Shown here piece after piece: positions 49,383 to 59,689 of a DNA stretch of 64,000 nt. The stretch lies in IMG/VR virus record IMGVR_UViG_3300042366_001473. One strand, written 5' to 3'. The DNA comes from an uncultured virus (IMG/VR IMGVR_UViG_3300042366_001473) (taxonomy: Duplodnaviria > Heunggongvirae > Uroviricota > Caudoviricetes). Position 1 is the stretch's first letter. Each line of letters begins with the position of its first letter. The translations under genes were made by a program, and so were the position numbers. Under the pieces are notes generated by a model that saw only the letters and a list, made by a program, of their open reading frames with translations, made no database searches and had not been told where the DNA came from.

Positions 49383-50579
49383 TTAGCTGAAAGACAAGTT
49401 CTGTACAGCGATCTCACCAACGTAGTCGCCAGCGTTGCCGAAGCTGCTAGCAGTGTTGGTCAATTCGATGTAACCATAGCGAGTCATGAAGCTCACAACT
49501 GGTTCAAATGTTGACGGATCCAGAACAACACCGCTGCTCATCAATGGGATGTATGGGCAGTAGAATGCAGGAGCGTCAGCTTCTGAAGAACCCTTATAAC
49601 CAACCAACACAGGAGTTGTGTCGCTAGCATAAGAGTCAACAAACACACGCATAGAACCGTTGAGGGTACCAGCAAACTTGGTGTTTGTAGGAGCTTCGAA
49701 AGTACCTTCTGTGGTACGAGCAAAAGCACTAGTAGTTGCAGATTGCAACACTGTCAAAGCGGCAGAGCTAACAACAGCGTAGTTACCAGCGCCACGACGT
49801 GTACGCTGAGCGATCAAGTTAGCAACACGGTTGATCAGAACAGCCAAAGCAGCGTGCTCGTCACCAACGAATGTAGCAGTACCAGAAACAGTAGCCTGGT
49901 TGTATGTGAACTCAGTAGAAGCCAAGCTGCGTAGGGACAGGAGAATCTCCTGGTCAATTTCAGCTGTAATTTCTTGTGCCAGAGCAGCCATGATTTCGGC
50001 TTCAACGTCAATACCGTGCATTGCTTGAGCATCTTGGGCACTTTCAAATGTCCAACGTGCTTGCAACTTACGTGTCTTGGCTTCAACAGCTTGCTTCAGG
50101 ATCTGGACGGAAATTTGCTTACCGCCGTTACCTTCCATACTAGCAGTAGAACCGCCAGTGTAGCTAGTTGCTGTAGTTGTGTCTTTAGGCACAGTAGAGT
50201 AAGCAGTAGCAATTGTGAATGGGCTCAAGGCTTCTTGGCCAGCTGTTACGCTGGTTGCTGCCAATGAGTTATCAGTCAAGCTTTGGGCATAACGCACACG
50301 CAGAGTGTGGATTTGACCAACTGGGCCAGTCATGGGCTGAACGCCAACCAACTCGTTAGCAATAACGGTTGGCATAACACGACGGATCACTGGCAGAATC
50401 ACACGGTTAAGTGTGGCAATGTTGCCAGCAGATGTAGAACCTGCGGAAGCGTTTTCCTTCAAGTACTTACGGGTATTTTCTAAAATAACACCCATGCTGT
50501 TGCGCTTGGTGCCGTTCAGACCTTCAAGCAGAGCTTCTTTGGTCTCGCCCCAGCGGCTTTCAAGTAGTTCTTGCGACAT
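49383..50579 (-). CDS. gp23: Major capsid protein gp23
   Basis: LVGVQPMTGPVGQIHTLR, KTRKLQARWTFESAQD, EIDQEI, TRRGAGN, FYCPYIPL, FMTRYG. Confidence 0.98.
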   Translation of the reverse strand: MSQELLESRWGETKEALLEGLNGTKRNSMGVILENTRKYLKENASAGSTSAGNIATLNRVILPVIRRVMPTVIANELVGVQPMTGPVGQIHTLRVRYAQSLTDNSLAATSVTAGQEALSPFTIATAYSTVPKDTTTATSYTGGSTASMEGNGGKQISVQILKQAVEAKTRKLQARWTFESAQDAQAMHGIDVEAEIMAALAQEITAEIDQEILLSLRSLASTEFTYNQATVSGTATFVGDEHAALAVLINRVANLIAQRTRRGAGNYAVVSSAALTVLQSATTSAFARTTEGTFEAPTNTKFAGTLNGSMRVFVDSYASDTTPVLVGYKGSSEADAPAFYCPYIPLMSSGVVLDPSTFEPVVSFMTRYGYIELTNTASSFGNAGDYVGEIAVQNLSFS

Positions 50580-50601
50580 TTAAGTCTCCTATATAAAAAG
50601 A

Positions 50602-51693
50602 TTATAAACCTGCCAAACGCTTGAGGTCGATCACATTTCTGCGGTCATCCGGATCTTGCTGTGTTGGAACAGTTTTATCTCCAGTCACTGACGAAACAGA
50701 TTCAACAATTACCTTTTGGGTTCTTGCGGAACGGTCTTCCATCACTGCAGGGAGATATTTTTCGAATGCGTTTTTCAGACGAGCTGTTTGTACGCTTTCG
50801 AGCAAATTACGCATTACATCGGCTTTTTCCCGGTTTAAGGGATTCAGCAATTCGGCCATGAGTTCTTTACGCTCATTGCTGTCACGAAGAATACGCATTT
50901 CGCGTTCTTTGGACTCAACCAAGACTTTCGCCTTTTGGGTGAGTTGAATGGCTTCCGCCAACTTGCGATCTTTGTCGGTCAGCATATTGTACAACTTCTT
51001 GACTTCGGCTTTCTCATTGAGATGAGTAGCTCCAAATTCAGCTGCATATGCTTCAAAGATACGACGACCAAAACTGTTCTCTCGAGCAGCCTTGATGTCT
51101 TCTTGCAATTGTGTTAGTTCTGCCTTAAGGTGGTGGCTAACGGCTCGGCTCATCTTTTGAGCACTTTCTTTTACAAAACGTGCTTTGAGACCTTCCAATT
51201 GTGTGCGTGCTTCACGAACCAAACGAACCTTGGTTTCCACCATGTCGCGCTTGTCAGCAGCAAACTCTTGAATTTCTCGAGCCAGAGCATGCACCACAAA
51301 GTTCTCAAGCTTGTTGAGTCCTTCAGTATGCATTTTACGATCTTTGCGCAGTTCGCTAATTTCTTCAGCCAATTTCTGAACCATGAAGCCATTGAACTTC
51401 TGTGCTGATTCTTTCATTTTGCCTTGGAACTTAACACGATCTTCAGCAATTGCACGCTTCTCAGCTGCAACTTGTTGAATCTCATTGGCAAGACCATCAG
51501 TTACCATCTTATCTAAGGCTTCGACCATGACTGTTTTGTCATGTTCGTAGCGTTGCGCAAATTCCTCGCGGAGTTCTGCACGTACTTGCTCGCGGGCTTC
51601 ATTCAACTTAGATTCCCAAGCCTCGTTTAATTCTCGGCTTACGTCTTCGTTGATCAGGCCGCTGTCGAGCAAAGGTTTGATTGCATCAAACAT
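50602..51693 (-). CDS. gp22: Prohead core scaffold gp22-like
   Basis: Coiled-coil, Glu-rich; between protease and MCP. Confidence 0.8.
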   Translation of the reverse strand: MFDAIKPLLDSGLINEDVSRELNEAWESKLNEAREQVRAELREEFAQRYEHDKTVMVEALDKMVTDGLANEIQQVAAEKRAIAEDRVKFQGKMKESAQKFNGFMVQKLAEEISELRKDRKMHTEGLNKLENFVVHALAREIQEFAADKRDMVETKVRLVREARTQLEGLKARFVKESAQKMSRAVSHHLKAELTQLQEDIKAARENSFGRRIFEAYAAEFGATHLNEKAEVKKLYNMLTDKDRKLAEAIQLTQKAKVLVESKEREMRILRDSNERKELMAELLNPLNREKADVMRNLLESVQTARLKNAFEKYLPAVMEDRSARTQKVIVESVSSVTGDKTVPTQQDPDDRRNVIDLKRLAGL

Positions 51694-51705
51694 TCCTGAT
51701 TCTCC

Positions 51706-52344
51706 TTAGATTTTAAGTTCTCGGATAAGGCGCTTTACTTCCTCGGCCAAGTACTTCTGCACTTTGTCGCCTTGACCAGCTTCGCGAGCCATTTCCATCA
51801 CGCGGTGACCATGTCTCATGTTCATGAGACCTTCGTACACTGCTGTGGGATAAGCATTTGGTGCGCTGGGTTGAGCAACTACATCAATAGTGACTATTTC
51901 AAAGTCACTAACATGTCCTGTTCTGTCGTCTACATTGCCGGAACCACGACTGCTAACTCCCAGCTTGACACCACTTTGCAACAAAGTTTTGATCAAGTTG
52001 CCCATTGGGGTTGGGAGAATTTTTAGCTTGCCGCAGCCTGCATGACCGTCCATCCACATTCCTTCAACTGAGTGACACACTCGATCAAGATTGATCTTGA
52101 GATCATCGGGATGGTCCACTTCACCTAGCACAGAGTTACCACCACGAATTTGTTCATTGATGGTTTCTACTGCTTTGATGATTTCGTGGCGTGGATAGAT
52201 ACGTTCATTTGCGTTGCGCTTGTCGCCTTCAATGCAAATGCCTTTGAGATAGAGATTCTTACTGCCGTTAATGTCGGCTTCTTCCAGGACCTGTATATTG
52301 GCCTGGCTGAATGTAAGATCTTCTCTTAGGTATCTAGATGACAT
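51706..52344 (-). CDS. gp21: Prohead protease gp21
   Basis: RNANERIYP, LGEVDHP, TPMG, LGVSSRGSG, DVVAQPSAPNA. Confidence 0.96.
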   Translation of the reverse strand: MSSRYLREDLTFSQANIQVLEEADINGSKNLYLKGICIEGDKRNANERIYPRHEIIKAVETINEQIRGGNSVLGEVDHPDDLKINLDRVCHSVEGMWMDGHAGCGKLKILPTPMGNLIKTLLQSGVKLGVSSRGSGNVDDRTGHVSDFEIVTIDVVAQPSAPNAYPTAVYEGLMNMRHGHRVMEMAREAGQGDKVQKYLAEEVKRLIRELKI

Positions 52345-52348
52345 TTAA

Positions 52349-53209
52349 TTAACCTTTACGGCCGCCTGGTAGCGGGCTCTTGGCGTTAACACCAGTAGCT
52401 TGAGCTAAATGTGGCTTGGTAGCAGGCTTGAGATCTTTCATACCAGCGCCAGCTTTGTTCTGGAAGTCACCGATAAGGTCTTTGGTCTGATTGCTGTAAG
52501 CGCCAGCAGCATCATGCTTGCCGCCCATTGCTGTTCCAGTGTGCACTGGCTTGGCAGCCATACCAGCAGCGCCACTATTGGCAGCAACTGTAGACTTCTT
52601 GTTTACACCGCCTTCTTCAGCTGTGACTGGTTTTGGTGCAGCTTTGAGACTAACAGCTTCTGCCATTGGAATCATTTCTTCTGTGTCATCCACAGCAATT
52701 GCGTCACCACCTGCGTCTGGGACAAAATCGTCGCCGTCGCCCATGTCGTTGCCGCCTGCATCGCCAGACATTAATTCTTCAAATTCGGCCATCAACTGGT
52801 CCAATTTGTCTTCTAAATTCATGATGTCGTCTTTGGTAGCTGCTTCGTCGCTGCCGCCCATGTCGTCTCCCATGTCGGCTGCGTCGCCGTCGCCCATGTC
52901 GTCGCCCATGCCATCATCGTCGCCCATTTCATCGTCGCCTTCGGCTTCCATGTTCATGTCGCTTTCTTCTTCCATTTCGACATCGTCGATCAGGCTGTCA
53001 GCAGCATCGCCGCCCATGGCGCCTTCTTCGAGTTCGTCTTCAGCTGCTTCGTCGAGGTCTTCGGCGGCAGCTTCATCAATCTCTTCTTCGGCCATGATAT
53101 TTTCATAAATCTGGCGGCTTTTTTCAACCACGATGTCGTGGAAAAGCTCGCGAGCTTTTTGTTCTTCATCATTGATCACGTATTCGATCAACTGTTCAAA
53201 TCTGTTCAT
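52349..53209 (-). CDS. Acidic prohead core protein (gp67/gp68-like)
   Basis: Very acidic D/E/M/G low complexity; between portal and protease; TGTAAATA at 53241-53248. Confidence 0.65.
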   Translation of the reverse strand: MNRFEQLIEYVINDEEQKARELFHDIVVEKSRQIYENIMAEEEIDEAAAEDLDEAAEDELEEGAMGGDAADSLIDDVEMEEESDMNMEAEGDDEMGDDDGMGDDMGDGDAADMGDDMGGSDEAATKDDIMNLEDKLDQLMAEFEELMSGDAGGNDMGDGDDFVPDAGGDAIAVDDTEEMIPMAEAVSLKAAPKPVTAEEGGVNKKSTVAANSGAAGMAAKPVHTGTAMGGKHDAAGAYSNQTKDLIGDFQNKAGAGMKDLKPATKPHLAQATGVNAKSPLPGGRKG

Positions 53210-53313
53210 AGAGAAAACTCCTGTAAGTAAAGTGTATTGTTATTTACAATGCGAGAGAAAAATACGCGGTTTAATCGGCTAAAAAGGCCATAAATTGCCA
53301 ATTATGATCAAAA

Positions 53314-53532
53314 TTACGCAATAGGTTGTGGTGGTGGTGCGTACTGTTGACGAATTTTCTTGAGCTTCTCTTTGTATTCAAAAGATCGCACATCATTCAT
53401 CTTTCGTAGCTTGTTGAGCTGTCGCAAAGTCAAGCGAGTTTTGCGCAAGTCGTTTTTGGTAACTTGTGCATTGTCTTGACTTACGTCTTGATAAGCTTCG
53501 GGTGCTTTTTTCCAGAATTCTTGTAGCAGCAT
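53314..53532 (-). CDS. Small basic head-module protein
   Basis: 72 aa, RKTRLTLRQLNKLRKM; CATAAATA 5 nt before ATG. Confidence 0.7.
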   Translation of the reverse strand: MLLQEFWKKAPEAYQDVSQDNAQVTKNDLRKTRLTLRQLNKLRKMNDVRSFEYKEKLKKIRQQYAPPPQPIA

Positions 53533-53540
53533 GACGTTAT

Positions 53541-55337
53541 TTATGCTGTTGGTGTAGCACCTGTGGCACTGGCTGGGACTACGCCGCCGGGGCCTCCTGG
53601 CGCAGCGGCCGCATCAACTCCGGGTGTGCCCGGTGTGCCCGGTTCCATGCCGGCCATGTCAGCACCTGTTTCAATGTCACTTTCGAGCCCGCCAGGTGTG
53701 ATACCCACACTGCGAAGATCCTGTCCAGAGTTGGTCTGCATCTCTGGTTGATCGCGTTCTTCTTGCCACATTTCTTCGTTTTCTTTGATTTCGTCTTCTG
53801 TGAGGCCAAGATAGCGTTTGAGCAAGAATCGTTTGCTCATGTAGGGCAGTTGTTCCAGGCTTGTAAATGCTCCAATACGTGTGGTATCCAGTTCGGCTTG
53901 ACGATAGCTAGCAAAGTTCTGTGGCGGATTGAATTTTAGCGTGAACAAACTGGAATCAATGTTGAAACCACGCCATTTCATGAACATCTTGAATTCATCG
54001 TCTAGCTTTTGTGCTATGTGTCCTTGCAGGCGCTCACAGTACTGGTTGAAACGATACTCTTGAATCAGTGCAGTGCCCACTTTGCCGTCGGCCATGCTGC
54101 GGTCTGAATCATCAGGACCTGTGGGCAAATAGCTAGATGGCACACGCAGACCACGAGCCATTTTGTTGTTGAAATACTTCAAGTCGTCGATTTCGCCCAG
54201 ATTTTGTCCGCCTGGCAAGGTTTCTACACTGCTGCCGCGACCGTCTTGAGTCTGGGGGAAAAAGTAATCTTCGTTGATGCTGAGCGGGTTGTAGCTGGCA
54301 TCCATCATGTTTTGTCCGCCGCCTGTGACAGTGGGGATTCGTCGCTGATGCATTTCGTTTTTTACACGTTCCACAAACTGCATGGCCAAGTGGCTGGGCA
54401 TGCTGCCCACGTCAATCTTGAAGATTCGTCGTTCAGGAGCACGGCTCACACGATAGATAAGAATACTGTCTTCCAGCAGTTCTTTTTGCTTGAATACCTT
54501 GTAGATCTGTTCCAGCACACTGCGTCCAAAAGGCCAAAATACGTCCAGTCCTTCGTTTAGGCTCATGTGCACCACGTGCTTGGCATCCAAGCAAGTTTCG
54601 TTCATGGCTGTCATGAAACGGCTGTTGCCCACGCCGCCACCTGTGCCACCGTTGGGCATGGTGTAGTTTGCACTGCCGCTGATGCTGCCGGTCACAGGGT
54701 TGGTCATGTAGTCTGTGGTGGTTTTTGCTGCCACAGTCATGTTTTGGAAATTGGGGTTGATGTCACGAATCACATACTGCTCGGGACGCTTGCCTTCGCT
54801 TTCGTTCACAATGATACGTGCAACCTTGCTCATGTCCACCCACATCATTTCAAATGTTTCTGGGTCACGCACAAAAACTTGATCACCGTACTTGATGGTG
54901 TTGCGGAACAGTTTGAAAATTCTGTTGTCTAGTTGATTGATTTTTACCCACTGCTGCAACTGTTTGCGAATGATGCTGACTTCGTTGTCTGTGGGCTTGT
55001 CTTTGTAATCTACTGCAAATGGTGTGCCATTGTCATCGTTGATCTGTGTGGAAAATTCAGCAATGATATCCAGGCATGCATTGATTTCTGAATCCATGTC
55101 CATGTTTTCGTACTGATTGTATCGTTCCACACGGTTGGGATGGCCTGAATAAACTTCGGGCAATCTGCTGGCATAGTTACGAAACACAAAGTCTGCAGGC
55201 ATACCGCCTGAGCCGTCGTTTTTTCCGTAGCCGGGCAGGCCGTATTGATTGGTGCCGCTGATGGGGCTCATCACGCCTGATGTGTCTGCTACTTTGAAGT
55301 ATTTGCGCCAGCCGCCGCTTGATCTAGGTTCTGCCAT
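53541..55337 (-). CDS. gp20: Portal protein gp20
   Basis: LEDSILIYRVSRAPERRIFKIDVG, EDYFFP, LPGGQNLGEIDDLKYF..K..RGLRVPSSYL. Confidence 0.97.
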   Translation of the reverse strand: MAEPRSSGGWRKYFKVADTSGVMSPISGTNQYGLPGYGKNDGSGGMPADFVFRNYASRLPEVYSGHPNRVERYNQYENMDMDSEINACLDIIAEFSTQINDDNGTPFAVDYKDKPTDNEVSIIRKQLQQWVKINQLDNRIFKLFRNTIKYGDQVFVRDPETFEMMWVDMSKVARIIVNESEGKRPEQYVIRDINPNFQNMTVAAKTTTDYMTNPVTGSISGSANYTMPNGGTGGGVGNSRFMTAMNETCLDAKHVVHMSLNEGLDVFWPFGRSVLEQIYKVFKQKELLEDSILIYRVSRAPERRIFKIDVGSMPSHLAMQFVERVKNEMHQRRIPTVTGGGQNMMDASYNPLSINEDYFFPQTQDGRGSSVETLPGGQNLGEIDDLKYFNNKMARGLRVPSSYLPTGPDDSDRSMADGKVGTALIQEYRFNQYCERLQGHIAQKLDDEFKMFMKWRGFNIDSSLFTLKFNPPQNFASYRQAELDTTRIGAFTSLEQLPYMSKRFLLKRYLGLTEDEIKENEEMWQEERDQPEMQTNSGQDLRSVGITPGGLESDIETGADMAGMEPGTPGTPGVDAAAAPGGPGGVVPASATGATPTA

Positions 55338-55353
55338 GGTGACTTATTTACCG

Positions 55354-58300
55354 TTAGTTTGATGCCAGCTGTGCCATTCTTTGACTGGCTACGGCTGTGG
55401 TCTGTTGACTACGAGACATGCTTTCCAACAACTGAATCATGCGTTGCTGAGATCCACTTTCTTTCATTATTTGGATAGAATCGACCAACTCTCGCATCAC
55501 CTGTGCCATTTCTTTTCGCATATCACTCATTTGCTGTTCCATGTTTTTGTTGGATAATACTAGTTCGTCCAGGGCAGGCATCATCACAGGCACAGCACCA
55601 TTTTTCAGCGGTATCACTGCTTCTTTGCCATGCAACACAGCAGGATATCCAGACATCGGGCCTTGGAACATGCCACCATCTTTGGCTTTGGGAACGTCTG
55701 TTAGTGCAGTCAACACTTCCTGACGACTAATAGTTGCTTTGTTAGTTCCAACCCCTCGATAATAACTCATTCCGTCGGCTAGCGGGAATCCTGCCCATAC
55801 TTGTGCAATAGCATCGGCCATTTGGTCTGCAGACATCTTGCCACTTTGAAATTTTGGCCAACCTTTTTCATTAAGCAATGCAATGGCCAGTTTGTCTTGT
55901 GTGCTTGGAGAAAATGTTTCGTTTGGGTTTACTACACCTCGAGTTAACAAGGTACGGAGTGTTTCTTGTATTATTTGATACTTTCCAACTGCTGTGCTCT
56001 CATGTCCTGCACGAACCATTTTACCTTGAAAATCCTGAACTTCTGCAATAGTCATATTGGTTAAGTCGGGGTTTATTTCTCCCCCAACCAATACGTTGTA
56101 GTTGCCGCGACTTTCTGCACGACCTATTAGGTCCAATATTTTAATAATAGATGCAGTAGGCTTTTCGGCTGTTGCTGGGTTTGCACCAGGTGGCATTGGT
56201 GGCAAAGGTGCAGGATTATTTGGGGTAGAACCCGGAGCAGCAGGCTTTGCAGCTGGTGCACTAGACGGAGCAGCAGGCTTTGCAGCTGGTGCACTAGACG
56301 GAGCAGCAGGCTTTGCAGCTGGTGCACTACCCGGAGCAGCAGGCTTTGCGGCTGGTGCACTACCCGGAGCAGACTTTGCGGCTGGTGCACTACCCGGAGC
56401 AGCAGGCGGTGTGGTGGTTGCTGGTGCACTACCTGGAGCAGCAGGCGGTGTGGTGGTTGCTGGTGCACTACCTGGAGCAGCACCTGATTTTGAACGTTTA
56501 TGTGCATCTTCAAGACGACGTCTATTTTCTTCAGCTTTTTTTCCTAGATCAGCAGCATTTTTTGCCTTGTCTGCATCATCCTTCTCTTTTTTCAATCTTT
56601 TAATTTCAGCTTCAGCTTTATCTTTTTCAACATTTGTCTTGGCCTCTGCTAGCTTTTTCTCTTGTTCTTTTATCTTGTCCCCGACCTCTTTAATTTTTGC
56701 ATCGGCCTGATCCACCTTGGCTTGTGCAGCCTCCGGCGTAGGCGGAAGACGCACACCTGATTCCACTGGTACGCCACCAAACGTGGGTGTTCCGCCAGGC
56801 ACAGGGTTTGCACCCACTGCTGAGCCAAAGATAGCAACTGCGTTTGCAAAAGCCTCGGATGCTGCTTTGTTGATATCTGCTGCAGAATTAAAGGTCGCAA
56901 TACCTTGTTCCATGATTTGTGCAGCAGCTTGCTGTGCACGACCTGCGCTGACCATTAGAGTAAGATCGCCGCCGGGCTGTTTGCGTTTCTTTTCTTCCTG
57001 TTTAAGGTAGTTAGTAATTGCTTCTGGACCTGTGAACCCTGCCTTGGCGGCTTCTTGTGCTAGTGCGTTTTGACGCTTGACAGAATTGTCCATGCCAACA
57101 ATACCTGTTTGCAATGCGTCAATGCCGCCGATCAATCGGTTGGTACCTGCCAATGACTGCAAATTAAGATCAGCATTTTTGGCCAGGTGTTCCAGGATCT
57201 GCTGATCAGTGATGTTGGGCTGAGCCAGTATTTCTGATATTCTGTAGGTTTGCTCTGCTGCTATTGCTTCTGGGGTGGTCAGTGCTCCTTGGCCTGCTGC
57301 CTGTTGCAAAATACCAAGAAAGCCTTTTTCGTCGCCTAGGCTTTTGGCAATAGCTGCTGCTCGTTCAGCAACTTTCAATTGAGCCATGTCTGCGGTATCG
57401 CCACGTTGCTGCGCATCTATCAAGGCTGCACGGAATCTAACTTCGGCCATTGCAGCTTCGCGTGCTTCTTGTTGTTCACGTCGGGTAGCGCCAGTGAGTT
57501 GTGCTGCTTGATCTAATTCGTGTACAAATCTAGCAGATTCTTCAATGAGTTTTTCAGTGTTCTTTAACTGCAGCTGGCCAGTTCTGGCCTGAATGCTCAT
57601 GTACAACAAAGCAGCTTCTCGCTGTTCTTGTTGAGTGATACCCATGATTTCAAACGTTTGGCCAATATCGCTTTTGACCAATGCACCCGAAACTTCAGCA
57701 AATCTCTTGGCTCCAACACCTGCTGTTCCGCCCAACAAGGCCAGTTGCTTGTTGTTTTTACTCAACATTTCTTGAAACTGCGCTGCATCCGCTGTGGTCA
57801 TGTTCAGCGTGTGCATTAGGTCCAGAGTGCCTTCTAGTCCACCAGTTAAACTAACACCTGCGCCGCTGGCGTCGTTGAAACTTTTTACCAGGGTGTCAAG
57901 CTGCTTGGCTCCTATCTCGTTGAATTTAAGTGCAGCTTTGCCAGCAGCTGATCCTAGCCCAAACACTGCTGCACCTGCCATTCTGGCACCACGAGTCAAT
58001 ATTCCAACAGGACCAGGAATAAAAGACAACACCGTCAGCAAAGTACCTATACTACTTGCTACGTTCAATATTGGTGTGGCAAAATCGTTGAGTGCTTTGG
58101 CAGACAGTTGCGCACCACGTTCACCATTGATCAAGCCTGATGCAAATGTGGTCAAAGATTTTGTGGTGCCGCTGAGACCAGCACTGAACAATTGTAGACC
58201 TGACTGTGCTGTTAAACTGTCTCCTCCAAGATTCAAGAACTTGTTTTTCAATATCTCAGCACTGCCCCCTGTGCTGCTCAATGAATCAAACAAATCTTTG

Positions 58301-58764
58301 CTGCTGCTAGAGGACCTACGGTTTTGTTCTATGCTTAGTTTGGTATTACGATTGCGTTGTTCTGCTTCGTACTTGGCTCTTTCTTTGTCTTCTTGCTCAC
58401 GTCCTTGCTGCGACAGATTGTTTCTACGAGTTGCTTCCTTAATTGCTTCTTCTCGAGCCTTGCTTTCTTTTTCCAAAGCATCAGTGACTTTTTGGCGTTC
58501 TTTGTTTTCTTCTTCTATGTTATCTGCAGTTTTTTCCACTGCTTTGGCAAACTTTTTGACAGCTTCTTCTTCGTCACGACGTGTCTTTTTGGTAGTATCC
58601 AATTTGACTGCTAGTTGACCCAGGGCCACAACCATTCGATCTACACCTCGAGTCATTTTGTCAGCAGGGCTGTCCACAGTTGCGCCAGGAGGTTTGCTCA
58701 TTCCTTGCAGCACCGGAATCAGTTGACGCATCTGTTCAACTAGGTCTCTTAATTCTTGATCCAT
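55354..58764 (-). CDS. Tape-measure-like protein with C-terminal lysozyme/lytic transglycosylase domain
   Basis: Long Ala-rich helical region; LDLIGRAESRGNYN...TAVGKYQII..TL...FSPSTQDKLA lysozyme-like motif; GG..GP..GY...LHGKEAVIPL. Confidence 0.75.
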   Translation of the reverse strand: MDQELRDLVEQMRQLIPVLQGMSKPPGATVDSPADKMTRGVDRMVVALGQLAVKLDTTKKTRRDEEEAVKKFAKAVEKTADNIEEENKERQKVTDALEKESKAREEAIKEATRRNNLSQQGREQEDKERAKYEAEQRNRNTKLSIEQNRRSSSSSKDLFDSLSSTGGSAEILKNKFLNLGGDSLTAQSGLQLFSAGLSGTTKSLTTFASGLINGERGAQLSAKALNDFATPILNVASSIGTLLTVLSFIPGPVGILTRGARMAGAAVFGLGSAAGKAALKFNEIGAKQLDTLVKSFNDASGAGVSLTGGLEGTLDLMHTLNMTTADAAQFQEMLSKNNKQLALLGGTAGVGAKRFAEVSGALVKSDIGQTFEIMGITQQEQREAALLYMSIQARTGQLQLKNTEKLIEESARFVHELDQAAQLTGATRREQQEAREAAMAEVRFRAALIDAQQRGDTADMAQLKVAERAAAIAKSLGDEKGFLGILQQAAGQGALTTPEAIAAEQTYRISEILAQPNITDQQILEHLAKNADLNLQSLAGTNRLIGGIDALQTGIVGMDNSVKRQNALAQEAAKAGFTGPEAITNYLKQEEKKRKQPGGDLTLMVSAGRAQQAAAQIMEQGIATFNSAADINKAASEAFANAVAIFGSAVGANPVPGGTPTFGGVPVESGVRLPPTPEAAQAKVDQADAKIKEVGDKIKEQEKKLAEAKTNVEKDKAEAEIKRLKKEKDDADKAKNAADLGKKAEENRRRLEDAHKRSKSGAAPGSAPATTTPPAAPGSAPATTTPPAAPGSAPAAKSAPGSAPAAKPAAPGSAPAAKPAAPSSAPAAKPAAPSSAPAAKPAAPGSTPNNPAPLPPMPPGANPATAEKPTASIIKILDLIGRAESRGNYNVLVGGEINPDLTNMTIAEVQDFQGKMVRAGHESTAVGKYQIIQETLRTLLTRGVVNPNETFSPSTQDKLAIALLNEKGWPKFQSGKMSADQMADAIAQVWAGFPLADGMSYYRGVGTNKATISRQEVLTALTDVPKAKDGGMFQGPMSGYPAVLHGKEAVIPLKNGAVPVMMPALDELVLSNKNMEQQMSDMRKEMAQVMRELVDSIQIMKESGSQQRMIQLLESMSRSQQTTAVASQRMAQLASN
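56232..56481. repeat. In-frame 30-bp and 39-bp tandem repeats encoding a Pro/Ala linker
   Basis: GGAGCAGCAGGCTTTGCAGCTGGTGCACTA-type units (SAPAAKPAAP) and SAPATTTPPAAPG x2. Confidence 0.9.
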
Positions 58765-58776
58765 GTTTTTGCGGCC

Positions 58777-58802
58777 TATAAATAGTTATAGTCATATTTA
58801 CC
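58777..58802. promoter_or_regulatory. Face-to-face late promoters
   Basis: TATAAATA (+) 58777-58784 and GGTAAATA (-) 58795-58802. Confidence 0.75.
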
Positions 58803-58814
58803 GCGAGAAAATCC

Positions 58815-59651
58815 ATGAATTCCAATCCCTTGAGTCAATACTTTAGGCAACCCGCTATCTTTATTCGGTTGCCCAGTCAGGGCAAATTTTACCCTGCCAA
58901 CGCCATTGAGCACACAGTCAACGGCGAATATCCTGTGTTACCCATGACCACCATGGACGAAATCACATATCGTACACCCGATGCCTTGTTCAATGGGCAA
59001 TCAGTGTGCAGTGTGATTGAGAGCTGTATTCCCAACATCAAAGATGCCTGGGCTGTGCCCAACGTTGATCTAGATACCATGCTGGTGGCCATACGCATTG
59101 CTACCTATGGCAACGATCTTGACATCAATTCTACCTGCCCTGGATGCGAAACAGAAACAGAATATACCATGAATCTCACACAGGTTCTCAGCAATATCCA
59201 GGGCATGGATTACTCACAAAGTTTGAAAATTGGAGATTTGGAAATTTATTTTCAACCCATGAGCTACAAACAAATGAATGAAAATTCACTGACTCAGTTT
59301 GAAGAACAACGTGCCCTGCAGTCCTTGACTGAGATGGATCCAGAAAACAAAGATCGTGTGAAACAGTTGTCCGACGTGCTGAAAAAAATCAACAATATCA
59401 CTACCCGAGCACTGGCTCAAAGTATTGCCCTGGTCAAGACACCCACTGCACAAGTTTCCAACGAAGAACACATTGCAGAATGGCTGGGCAACTGCGATCG
59501 CAACATGTTTGGCCAGATCAGAGATTTTATCATTGCCAACAAGCAAAAAAGTGAATTGCAACCCATGCACATTCAGTGCAGCAACTGTAATCATCAATAC
59601 GATCAACCATTTACCCTGAACATGACTGATTTTTTCGCGGGCGCCTCCTGA
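58815..59651 (+). CDS. gp26: Baseplate hub assembly protein gp26-like
   Basis: IRLPSQGKFYP, PMTTMDE, DLDTMLVAIRIATYG, CPGC, CSNC, terminal DFF. Confidence 0.8.
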   Translation: MNSNPLSQYFRQPAIFIRLPSQGKFYPANAIEHTVNGEYPVLPMTTMDEITYRTPDALFNGQSVCSVIESCIPNIKDAWAVPNVDLDTMLVAIRIATYGNDLDINSTCPGCETETEYTMNLTQVLSNIQGMDYSQSLKIGDLEIYFQPMSYKQMNENSLTQFEEQRALQSLTEMDPENKDRVKQLSDVLKKINNITTRALAQSIALVKTPTAQVSNEEHIAEWLGNCDRNMFGQIRDFIIANKQKSELQPMHIQCSNCNHQYDQPFTLNMTDFFAGAS

Positions 59652-59689
59652 TCCAAGACAACGAACAGGTTGTCAACACTGTTGATAAA

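Noticed and set aside
56232..56481. Tandem repeats as possible CRISPR or iterons
   Set aside because: No unique spacers; unit lengths are multiples of 3 inside an open CDS
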